From Histomonas meleagridis 2922-C6/04-290x (lineage: Eukaryota; Protista; Parabasalia), in the NCBI GenBank assembly GCA_020184695.1, contig JAANOX010000271.1, positions 186,001 through 250,000 on the forward strand: a stretch of 64,000 bases of DNA, given 5' to 3'. Below the pieces are notes generated by a model. The model was not told the origin of the DNA and did not search any database. It worked only from the letters and a program-made list of their open reading frames with translations. This document shows positions 35,183-45,576 of this stretch, one piece after another. Each line of letters opens with the position of its first letter. Within the stretch, counting starts at the first letter, position 1. The position numbers and the translations under genes are program-made.

Positions 35183-37402
35183 TCAGAAGAAAAATATATT
35201 TTTCTCTTTTTCATCGAGCATTACATTATCTGAATGATCCGCAATAAACTTCTTTACATCGTCTTTATTCGGCGCGAATCCCTGTTCCTTCTCAACCAAC
35301 TTAATAAATTCTTCAATTGACATTTGATCTGTTGAAAGCGACGCAATTTTTCTCACCACTTCCATCATTTTATTATTTTTCTCTTCGAATGATATTTTTT
35401 GTTTTTGTTTTGGTTTTCTACTTTCAATTTTCACTTCTTCTTTTTCTTCGATTATTTCTTCTTTATTGCTCTTTTTACTTGATTTCTTCTTCTTTTTCTT
35501 CTTTTGTTCGCTTTCTACATCACCAAAAATCGCATACTTCAATAAAGCAATCGCTTCATCGGCATCGACGTCTGTCACTTTTTCGGATAACCTCAACTTC
35601 GCGTGAGCCGTCGATAACCGTATTAACGTCTCGAATGCTCTCGGCGTTATCGGCTGAGTTTTTCTGTTGCCGATAGCTCTCAAATCGGCGAAAGCCGATA
35701 CCAATTTATCGATAGCGCTTTGTTGTAATTCGGGCTGTAATTTCTTTGCGTATACAATATATTTCTTTAAGAAATCGATCGTCAATAATTCGGTTTGGTC
35801 ATTTCCATGTAATAATGGATCAGCTTGGATATATACCCCATTATTAACTTCGGAGATACGGCCTCTCCATCGATGCGACCTCAACACATGATCAGCAATT
35901 GTCGCGTCGACTTGTGGATCATGTAAATCTAAAACAATAAATAACAAATCAAAACGTGATAATAATGAATCAGGTAAACCAACGTTTTCCATTGGAGATT
36001 TCGATGGATTATACGTGCCCCAAACAGGATTAGCTGCAGCAACAACTGAACATCGCGCATGTAACGAAGTATGGATTCCTGCTTTGCTGATTGTAACTGT
36101 TTGTTGCTCAAGCGCTTCGTGGATGGCAACTCGATCTGTTTCGTCCATTTTATCAAACTCATCAATGCACACAACGCCGCGGTCTGCAATTACCATTGCG
36201 CCTGCTTCGAGTCGTCGTTCGCCTGTTTCGGGATCAGATGTGACTGATGCCGTAAGTCCGACGCCTGATGACCCGCGGCCTGTCGTATGCACTGCTAATG
36301 GCGCAACGGACATTACGCGACGTAGCAGTTGCGATTTGGCGGTGGATGGATCGCCAACCATTAGCACATTGATGTCGCCTCTGATGTGCGTTCCATCTGC
36401 GAGATTACACTCATTGCCCCCAACTAACATCGCCATGAGAGCTTTCTTGGTTTCTAGATGACCGCAAATTGATGGCGCTAATGAGCTGCCAAGAAGGTCA
36501 ATGATGTTATCTTCGTTCTCTTTGCAGACCCGACGAATGGCACTAATGTCATCATCTGTAAGTTCAACACCTTGCGATTGATTTGTGACTTCGACATTGT
36601 TGGCAATGACAAGGGCCCTGTAAATGCCGGTGGGATTCGATGTAAGTCGACCAGACATGATTCGATAGACTCCATATATTTTCACTCGGTCCCCTGGCTT
36701 ACAGGTGTCCGCAAGGTCGTTTTCAAGGATTACATCGCAGCTACGTGGCATTTGTCCGGCTGGTGCGGTTTCTGGACGTTCTTGGATTGTAATTAATTGT
36801 CGATCAACAAACGTAGAAAGACCAAATTCCATCTCTAAAGGATTGCCTTGAATGTCTGTGGTTGGAAGAGCAACACGAGAAGGAAGTTCATTCAGTGATG
36901 TAGCATCATAATATTGACGAACTGAAAAATGTGTTGCAGATTGTTCTGAATATTGAACAGCTGTTTGAAGCTTAGGATGAACAAGTGATGTCTTGGTAAC
37001 AATACCATCAAGACAAATAAGCTGAGTAAGAAATCTGGAACTAAGTTTACGAGGAGTTACACACCTTTCTCCAAGTGACCCAGTTATACCTACTGATAGT
37101 TTTGCTGTTTGCGAAAGACCAATATTGCTAACAAATTGATTAACTGCATTTTCAAGAGGTTCAAGATATTTTCTTGGCTCTCGAATGAGATTTTGAGCTA
37201 AATTTTGATCATAATCTTTGAAGTGATCAAGGTTAACAATAACACGCTTCTTATTGGCTTTGAGTGTTCTCTCAATCAAATCACGATAATTTCCATCTGA
37301 TAAATTCTTTGAAGTTCCATCCAAAAACTGGATGAATTCATCACGATTCTGTTCGCTTTCTATTGTACTAAGCTGATAGAATTGAGTTACTTGCTCAGTC
37401 AT
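35183..37402 (-). CDS. MCM3: DNA replication licensing factor MCM3
   Basis: GDPSTAKSQLLR (MCM3-type Walker A), IDEFDKM, SRFDLLF, TPRAFETLIRL. First ATG at 37402. Confidence 0.95.
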   Translation of the reverse strand: MTEQVTQFYQLSTIESEQNRDEFIQFLDGTSKNLSDGNYRDLIERTLKANKKRVIVNLDHFKDYDQNLAQNLIREPRKYLEPLENAVNQFVSNIGLSQTAKLSVGITGSLGERCVTPRKLSSRFLTQLICLDGIVTKTSLVHPKLQTAVQYSEQSATHFSVRQYYDATSLNELPSRVALPTTDIQGNPLEMEFGLSTFVDRQLITIQERPETAPAGQMPRSCDVILENDLADTCKPGDRVKIYGVYRIMSGRLTSNPTGIYRALVIANNVEVTNQSQGVELTDDDISAIRRVCKENEDNIIDLLGSSLAPSICGHLETKKALMAMLVGGNECNLADGTHIRGDINVLMVGDPSTAKSQLLRRVMSVAPLAVHTTGRGSSGVGLTASVTSDPETGERRLEAGAMVIADRGVVCIDEFDKMDETDRVAIHEALEQQTVTISKAGIHTSLHARCSVVAAANPVWGTYNPSKSPMENVGLPDSLLSRFDLLFIVLDLHDPQVDATIADHVLRSHRWRGRISEVNNGVYIQADPLLHGNDQTELLTIDFLKKYIVYAKKLQPELQQSAIDKLVSAFADLRAIGNRKTQPITPRAFETLIRLSTAHAKLRLSEKVTDVDADEAIALLKYAIFGDVESEQKKKKKKKSSKKSNKEEIIEEKEEVKIESRKPKQKQKISFEEKNNKMMEVVRKIASLSTDQMSIEEFIKLVEKEQGFAPNKDDVKKFIADHSDNVMLDEKEKNIFFF

Positions 37403-37525
37403 AAAAATTGCAGTACGTTTACAATTGCGGAAACCGTCACGGAGACCGTTTACAATTTTTTCTTTTTTTTCACCTAAAAAATCCAATTTAAAACAAAAAA
37501 TAAATATTCTAAATATGATTTATGT

Positions 37526-38491
37526 TTAATTTAAGATATCATGTTTTCGAGATTTATAAATTTTTTCAAAATCGGGAAATGCGCAATACTCATATATTGG
37601 CTGTGAGCGATCTTTTCCATGAAGCAAAGAATGAATTTTCTCGAGGTTATACATGCTTGTTGACTTAAAATTAACAAACTTAAATAGTTTACAAGCTTTT
37701 GAGAAAATATTCATTGATTTCTTTGCGGATTGTTCAACATAATAAATTACAAATTGTTCAAATATTTCTGTTTTCGGCCAATTGCAAAAATTGCTGAGAA
37801 GCATTTTGATGATGTCTTGAGGCGAAAGTGTACACATTCTCTGTTTCAAAAATTTACTAAATGGAGATATGTCTGTTAATATATCACATAGAAAGATGGA
37901 TATTTTTTCAACCGAAGGCAAATGAAGAAAACTTTGATCCAATTCACGGAGGAGAATTGATGATTCTTTTTGTGGTATTTCAATAAAATTACCACTTCGT
38001 TGGGAGCCTAGCAAACTTGAATGATTAATTTGTCCGAACTTAAGAAGCCTTTTAATAATAAATGGACTCTCAAAATAATGAGCAAGTTTGAGTAATTGGA
38101 AAAATTCATCTAAATCAAATGAAACAAATTGTCCCATAGAAAGCTTGAAAAATATATCATATATATGTAGAGGTGTCTTAATTCCATTTGGATTTATAAA
38201 ACCTTCAATTAATACTTTATTTGATTTTATTCCATCTTCCATAAATTTTCTTCTAAACAAACTGGATATATTTGCCATTATAGTTGGGTTTACCAAAAAA
38301 ATTAAGTGAGACGCATTTCCATCTGTTAATCCAGTAATTTGAATATAAAAGTTAACTAATATAGTTGGTTTTATGTTTACATGTTGTTCATTTTGTTCTT
38401 CTTCTTCACTAATAGAAGATTGACTCATAAGTTTGCAAAGCCAAATTTTTTGGGCACCCTGTTTAATGCTCTTTCGGAATGGAAAATACAT
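37526..38491 (-). CDS. Hypothetical protein, possible BTB/BACK-like region
   Basis: Open frame; FQLLKLAHYFESPFII resembles BTB C-terminal helices. Confidence 0.45.
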   Translation of the reverse strand: MYFPFRKSIKQGAQKIWLCKLMSQSSISEEEEQNEQHVNIKPTILVNFYIQITGLTDGNASHLIFLVNPTIMANISSLFRRKFMEDGIKSNKVLIEGFINPNGIKTPLHIYDIFFKLSMGQFVSFDLDEFFQLLKLAHYFESPFIIKRLLKFGQINHSSLLGSQRSGNFIEIPQKESSILLRELDQSFLHLPSVEKISIFLCDILTDISPFSKFLKQRMCTLSPQDIIKMLLSNFCNWPKTEIFEQFVIYYVEQSAKKSMNIFSKACKLFKFVNFKSTSMYNLEKIHSLLHGKDRSQPIYEYCAFPDFEKIYKSRKHDILN

Positions 38492-38782
38492 TTGGAAGTT
38501 ATCCAAAGAAAAGGTGATTACAAGAGATAGATGAAGAAAGTAAAAACAACTAGCAAATATTCCTTAATTTTTAAGTAGGAAAATTTTGTATTGAAAAAAT
38601 TTTTATTTAATTTCTCACAGATTTGGTCAGAAACCAAGTACACCACAAGCATTAAAAAGATAGTTTAGGAAAATTTTACAGAAAAAATGATCAAAAATAT
38701 TTACTTTATGAACTTCAATAAGAATTAAGACAACAATAACTAATACATTAATATATCAAATTATTTATTTATTCTATAAAAC

Positions 38783-40030
38783 TTAATATTGTTTATCCAA
38801 CTTATTTTGTAAGTTTTTAATTGAATCGAAAGCTTCTTTGTATTTTGTATCCAGTGGAATTTCCTTAAGGAAATACATTATCGAGTCTTTAATTATGTGT
38901 GCCTTTTTATCAGGTATTGCGGTTGGTCTATAATTAAATGATGTGAACAAAATATTTCGATCATCGAAAACCTTTGAAAGCGAAAACAGTGCAATTTCAG
39001 CTCCATTTGCTCCGTCATCTTGGAATTCATCTGATGGAACATATCTTGCCTGAATATGGAAATCGACAATTGGCTTATGTATTCTAATTGGACCAGCGTT
39101 AGAAACAGTGCCAAATATTGTTTCCGGTAATGGTGTATATGAATTATTATCGACTGCATATGCGACGTGATGTTTACCACTTCGATTCATTTCGTCTCTT
39201 ATCAATCCAAATATTTCGTTAATTGTCATATTCTCTTTTACGTTTGTTGCGATGTTTAAAACAGAGACAAAATTTCCATGTTGCCAATTAACATTTGGAT
39301 TTGGATTGAATCGTCTCATGTCATACACTAATGGCATGGCAAGAGGCATATGGATGTCATTTTTCATTGCGTTTAATGCAAGTGAAAGTGACACATGAAG
39401 TGATTCTGTGAGACTTTTTGGTCGTTTTGTTTTCGGATCATAACACATTAATTTCTCGACTGGAAATTGGTCTTCAATTGTAGTGGCTGGACTGCCCTTT
39501 GGATGGAGATGTGGATGTTTGAGTTCAAGAGGTGTATAGCTGCATTTGTCAAATGGATATAATTCAGGTTTCATTTTATAAGCTTCACTAAAGACATCTT
39601 TTAGCACTTCTATTGGTGGAATTGTTATGTCAACTTTTGTATCAATGTCATCAAGACAATGTTTTAATGAATTAATGAAGAAACCTCCATCACTGACTGC
39701 ATGACAAGAATTCACAACAACTATATTATCATTGAAAGCAATGTTAGCAAGAGAATGAGTAATATCTGGAGTGTGGTTTTTCAAGATCCATTCACATGCA
39801 GTTTTACAGTCTTGGATCCAAAGAGGTAATTTTATAGGTTCATTCTCTTTTCTGTTTTTAATGAAATTGTTGTTAACAACGCTTGTTCTTAGTCCAACAA
39901 ATATCTTTTGGAAATTGTCAAGAGATTTACGAACAGACTTTGTATTATCAAACTTGATCGCAAGTTGCATAAAATTTGAAACAATAGGATTTGCAAATTT
40001 AGTTTCAAAGCCAACCAATGAACGAAGCAT
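38783..40030 (-). CDS. CoA-dependent acyltransferase / condensation-fold protein (HxxxDG)
   Basis: VNSCHAVSDGG motif, YDMRR, GNFVS. Confidence 0.65.
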   Translation of the reverse strand: MLRSLVGFETKFANPIVSNFMQLAIKFDNTKSVRKSLDNFQKIFVGLRTSVVNNNFIKNRKENEPIKLPLWIQDCKTACEWILKNHTPDITHSLANIAFNDNIVVVNSCHAVSDGGFFINSLKHCLDDIDTKVDITIPPIEVLKDVFSEAYKMKPELYPFDKCSYTPLELKHPHLHPKGSPATTIEDQFPVEKLMCYDPKTKRPKSLTESLHVSLSLALNAMKNDIHMPLAMPLVYDMRRFNPNPNVNWQHGNFVSVLNIATNVKENMTINEIFGLIRDEMNRSGKHHVAYAVDNNSYTPLPETIFGTVSNAGPIRIHKPIVDFHIQARYVPSDEFQDDGANGAEIALFSLSKVFDDRNILFTSFNYRPTAIPDKKAHIIKDSIMYFLKEIPLDTKYKEAFDSIKNLQNKLDKQY

Positions 40031-40569
40031 AAAAAGAAATGGCTAATGGTGTACGATAAATTTGAATGGTTGATAAGGAATTTTGAATCAGTGATTAACC
40101 TTTTCCATACTACGATACACATCTTTTGAATCATACTATAAATCGATTGAGAAATCTCAATTTTGAATATATTTGGTTTAATAATATTTTGAATGCAATA
40201 TAATCGTCAAATAGAAGAGAGTCAAATCATTCATATTTGAAATGTTTTTTAACAATATTAATATTGATTATTAATAATCGTTGTACTTGAAAATTCTAGG
40301 GCACGAAAAAGTACCTTCACTTCAAGGTTAAAAGATAATACAAATATTCCATTATATTATTTGTATAATTTATGCTGAAACAAAAATTTCAAGAGAAGAC
40401 CTTTGATATGAAACTTCATGTCCTTATTAAAAAAGACAGATGGATTATTAATAACAATTCGAAGACATTAGAAACATGATCAAAAACGTGTGATACAGCT
40501 TATATCAGCAGTATAACTAAATTTCTGTAAATTATTCTATGTTGGTTTAAAAAAAATTGGATTTTTTGT

Positions 40570-43410
40570 TTATGCATTTTGTTTCTTTGGCATAAGTTTG
40601 CATGGGAAAAGACATTCACCTGCTCCACAGTCACAATAATAACTTTCACCATTCTTTGGCACCATTTGAATTACATCATGCCCATTGTGACACACTCTTG
40701 CGCATTCTTCGCAAATACTTCCATATGGATATAAAATTTTGCATGTTTGGCAAATGTATATGCGATTATGATATACATGTTTGAATCCTGTGCTCTCAAA
40801 TGTGCAATGGCCTGGCCTGGCCATCAGAATCATTAAAACTATTTTGGAAAATGTTTGATGCATCATCTAATTCTTTTTGTGTGTATTTAATTCCTTCTTT
40901 TTGTTGAAGCATTTTAACAATATCTTCTTCGTTTCTAGCAGCTGCAATAATAATTGGTGTTTGCCCTTTAGAATTTTTAGCATTTACATCAACTACTTTA
41001 TGTTGAATAAGTAATTTAGCTATTTCTAGATTACGATTTAATATTGCTAAAATAAGTGCGGTGTTAAATAATTTAATTAAACTCCATGCTTTTTTAATAA
41101 ATACAAAATTATTATTATAAATTTCATGTAAAACAAAGAAATATCTTTAGCATTTTAATCAATTCCTTCAAGTTCAAGAAGTAATTTAAATATTTCTATG
41201 CGATTGAATGCTGTTGCTAAAATAAGTGCTGTCTGAAATAATATAAAAAATTTCCAAATAATACTTTGAAATATTAAATTAATGAAATAAAAATTATATA
41301 ATAACAACAAATTCTTGATATCAATTCCTTTTTGTTCAAGAAGGAATTTTACAATTTCAACACATCCTTTTTCAGAAGCTTTCATGAGTGCTGTTTCAAA
41401 AATTATATACAATTTCCAAATATTATTTTCAAATTCTAAGTTATTAGAATAAATATTAAATAAAATGAATAAATATCTTTTGAATTGATATCAACTCCTT
41501 TTTCAATAAGTAATTCAAGAACATCTTTTTGACCATTTTCTGCTGCTAATAAAAATGCATTATAAAATAATATGAATGAATTCCATATATTATATTAAAA
41601 TATTAAATTTATAATTCAAAAATTGAATAAATAAAATAAACTTTCTCATTAATGTCAATGTTTTTCTGCTTAAGAAGTATTTTAACAACATCAATATTAC
41701 CATTTGCTGATGCCCTCATAAATAATGTCCAAAATATTATAATGAAATTCCATATGTTATGATGAAACAAAACATTTTCTAATTAACAACAAATGATATA
41801 AATAAATATCAATAGTATTAATATCAATATCTTTTTGTTCAAGAAGTAACTCGAATATATCTAAATGTCCATTTCTATATGATCCCATAAGAGCTGTTTC
41901 AAATAATCAAAATAAATTCCAATTAATTTTTTGAAACATAATATTTTTTATAATAAATTTTAAATATATGAAATCAATATCTTTATCATTAATATTAATT
42001 CCTCCATGTTCAAAAATTAGTTTAACTATTTCAATTTGACCATTTGCAAATGCGATCATTAATGCTGTTTTATAATATTTAATTAATCTTGAAATATTAT
42101 TACAAAATATTAAAACATTAAAACAAAAATTAGAATAAATACAAATTTAATGAATAAATATCTTTAGCATTAATATCAATTCCTTCTTGTTCAATGAAAT
42201 AATTAACAAGTTCATAATTATTTGATTGTATTGAATATACTAAAATATCTTTTGGAATTTGATTATTTTAAAGAAATTGTTTAACAAGATATAAATTTCC
42301 ATTTTTTGCAGATTTATTAATAATACTTTCATCAGTTTTCTCAAATTTTTCTTCTAAGAATGATAAAATTTCAAAATTCCCATTTGTAATACAAATATCT
42401 TTAAAATCATTAACATTTTCTGAATTAATTTCATCAAATTTTTCCGATTTATTTTCATAAAGATATCATTTTGATGAAATTCAATTGCTGTTTCAAAAGA
42501 GCTTTTGAATTTTTTTAATATTTTGTTCACATATATGAATTATCTCTAAATTTCCACCAGCAATTGCATATTTCCATGTGTTCTTTATCTTAGCACCATT
42601 TATATGCAAATATTTAAAGCATTTAATTAATGAACACTCACTTGAACCAAAGAATGCTGCATAATCAATTAAAGAAACATCATTATTATTAATAAATGAA
42701 CATTTTTCATATATTGATTTTTTGATTGTTTGATTAAAATCAAAATCATTTTGTGATGATATTTCTTGAAGTTTTTCGATTTCATCATTTCGAATTATTT
42801 TTGCAATTTCACTTGTATTATCTCCGTCTTCAATATATTTCTTATGAAGTTCCCAATCATTCTTTGAAAGTTCTTCATAATTAGATATTAAAAATGTTTT
42901 TAATGGATCTTCAACAAAAAACATACCAAAAAATGAATACACTGGTCCTTTTGTTTCAAGTTGCATATTTTCTCCTTTGGTTCTATAATGTGAAAAATAG
43001 AATGTTTTGATTCTTGCTGCTTTATTTTTATCAAACAGGTTTTGCTCAATCATTTTATCTTTTATATAATATGATTCTTGTGTATATATATTACTTATAT
43101 AATTGACAAAAAGATCCATGACATCGTTATTATCTTTGTTTATTTCTTCTTCTTTTATGTGAACTTGTTCAACATATTTGAAATATATATTAGTTATATC
43201 CTTCTTGGAACAAAATGCATTATAGACTAAATGAATTAATGTCAAATTATATGAATATGGATACTTTAAATCATATAACTTCATAGTTCTTTCAATGGAC
43301 TCCTCAAAATTTTCTTCACTTAAATTAAATATGATATGTTCAAGTGAATGAAGTAATTCCATAATTGACTGGTTCTTAAAATCTGTGTTTTTGGAATGAT
43401 CTTGAGACAT
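40570..43410 (-). pseudogene. ANK locus C: DUF3447-like + ANK modules with 17-nt-spacer linkers + UBR-type zinc finger; disabled
   Basis: Frameshift at the A-run near 42515, a small deletion near 42460, TAA near 42270, TAA at 41157-41155 inside a module, and a frameshift at the GGCCA repeat before the CQTC..CEEC..CH.GH..YCDCG finger. Confidence 0.8.
41063..42159 (-). other. 17-nt spacer / single-codon linkers of locus C
   Basis: 41474-41395 decodes to NRGE, 41142-41063 to ECGN, and 41978-41898 to KYGE (one 18-nt unit). Other linkers have drifted to 91 and 79 nt. Confidence 0.8.
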
Positions 43411-43922
43411 TAATTTTTAATGCCATAACCTTCAAGGTGGTAACGGATTCCAAAACAGTAAATTTCCATAGGTTTTTATATAACATTGACTCAAGGCTTT
43501 TGAATTTCTTTTATTAAAATATAGAATACCAGTTAAAAAAGAGTTAGATTAACAAATGAATGTTTTTAAATATTATTGAGAGGTTAAAAAGTAACATTAA
43601 TAAAAAGCTATCGTATTTAATCTATTAATTACTATCAAAATTTAATATTTGGAAATATTTTTACTGTTCAACATTAGTGCAGAAAACTGAGATATTGAAT
43701 AAACATGGTTACAAGAAACATAGAAAAACCCTTTACATGTTGAGATCATCATTCATTAATCATTTACTTTGTAATCACATTTTCAAGTAATCAAACACAT
43801 ATTACTGTTTCTCTAAAATCAATTTCCTCTTCTTGATAATATATAAATATATGTTAGCTCAAGCATTCTTGTAAAAAAATTGTTATTAACAAAAACATTT
43901 TTTACAAACTAAAACAATTAAA

Positions 43923-45356
43923 TTACAACTCTTCTTTCTTTGCTTTTTTCTTTGCTTTCTTCAGCCTAAACCCGTACACATTTGCGAACTTACTTTCCAT
44001 CCATTTTTGGTCCAATTTCCTTAATGGATGTGCCTCTGTAGTAAACACGTATTTATTCAACGGCACAAAGCTCGAGTTACTGAACAGCAGATATGCGTAT
44101 TTGAATGTCTCCGACAGCAAATACGAATCTTGAATATCGTTTACACCTAATTCGGGTCTTTCGACGTTTTTAAGTTCTCCAAACCCATTTGCGGCTTTAC
44201 AATGTTTTATTATATTCTTAAACAGTTTCCAACCAATGTCCCTCCAAACGTGGTCACCGGTAAATCTATATAAATAAAAAAGACTTTCCATAAACTCAGG
44301 TCGAAGTCTATACCTCACATCAGTTAAATATATCGATCCATTGATGAAATGCATTTCTTCGCCAATTAAACCTGATGGAGTAGAAGAATGCCACCTGGAT
44401 GATATGTTACACATTTTTATAGCAAGATTTAAGTCGTCATGGTTAAAGTATCGGGAGCCGAGGGCTAACATCCCGGGTATAAAGAATGACAAATGAGTAA
44501 TGCGTTCAACATTAATTCCGGATTTAACAGAACTAACATATGCGCCGTTTTGGCCATCGCGTAAAAGGTATTCTTCCATCCCATGGATCGCATTTAAGTA
44601 AAGTTCTTCACATTTACGACATTGGCCATCAGTAAGAATATATAATTTAAGAAGATATTCATAAAAGGAATCGCCATATGCATCAAAACTGAGGTCTAAA
44701 TCACCAAAAAATCCAGTTGAAAAGTCGATTTTAAGTGGCCATAAACCATTGTAACTTTGTTGTCGAAAGAAAAATTGAAGAACATGGTTGGAAATATTAA
44801 AGAAAAGATCATTACCTGTATGTTGTGCAAGAGTTAAAAGTTCGGGTGCTAAAGATCCGGCATGTGATAAAAATGTGGAACGTGGAGCCCAGGCCCATGT
44901 AGTGGCTTTGCCTGTGGCTATGTCTATGTTGGGTATTGGGAGTGATGTGGGAGTGTCAAAAGAAGAAGAAAGCTTACTAGCAAATTCTTCTGCAATTGTT
45001 AAGAGAGATTGACGACCAGACAATTGATAAGCTGATAAAAGGCCACCAACAACACGAATTATCATTTCGAAAACTGCACCAGATGCATTGTATTCAAAAT
45101 AATTTTCGAGATAAAAAACGGCATCGTCAAAATCATGATTAAGCCCCATCAGCCAAAGTGTATCTAAGCTATCAATCAAAGTAAGAGAAGCATTAATCCA
45201 GTTTTCGCCAGTGCAAGATATTGGTTTAAGGAAATCATAACCAAAAGCACATTTTTTATAACCAACCCATGCCTCATAAAATGCGCTCTTGATTTTAGCC
45301 ATTTTAATTCTGTCACTTTGTAAAAATATATTTAAAAAGATTGCGAAAATTAGCAT
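43923..45356 (-). CDS. Class I alpha-1,2-mannosidase (GH47)
   Basis: IDSLDTLWLMGL, FEMIIRVVGGLLSAY, GDSFYEYLLK, LRPEFMES, SETFKYAYLLF, FTTEAHP. Confidence 0.95.
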   Translation of the reverse strand: MLIFAIFLNIFLQSDRIKMAKIKSAFYEAWVGYKKCAFGYDFLKPISCTGENWINASLTLIDSLDTLWLMGLNHDFDDAVFYLENYFEYNASGAVFEMIIRVVGGLLSAYQLSGRQSLLTIAEEFASKLSSSFDTPTSLPIPNIDIATGKATTWAWAPRSTFLSHAGSLAPELLTLAQHTGNDLFFNISNHVLQFFFRQQSYNGLWPLKIDFSTGFFGDLDLSFDAYGDSFYEYLLKLYILTDGQCRKCEELYLNAIHGMEEYLLRDGQNGAYVSSVKSGINVERITHLSFFIPGMLALGSRYFNHDDLNLAIKMCNISSRWHSSTPSGLIGEEMHFINGSIYLTDVRYRLRPEFMESLFYLYRFTGDHVWRDIGWKLFKNIIKHCKAANGFGELKNVERPELGVNDIQDSYLLSETFKYAYLLFSNSSFVPLNKYVFTTEAHPLRKLDQKWMESKFANVYGFRLKKAKKKAKKEEL

Positions 45357-45576
45357 TTTTATGTGAAGAAAAGAGAGAAACTTTCAGTACGATTAAAACA
45401 AATTCAAAAAGTGAAAGTCACAAAAATCGACCGTTATCACATTTTTCTTTTAACAACGATCATAATGAATTGAAACCAAAAACATTGTCAATTCTCAAAG
45501 TAAAGATCATTGTCCAATATTAAAAAATTATACGTAAGTAATAATTTATTATATATATAAAGTCAATTACATAAAA

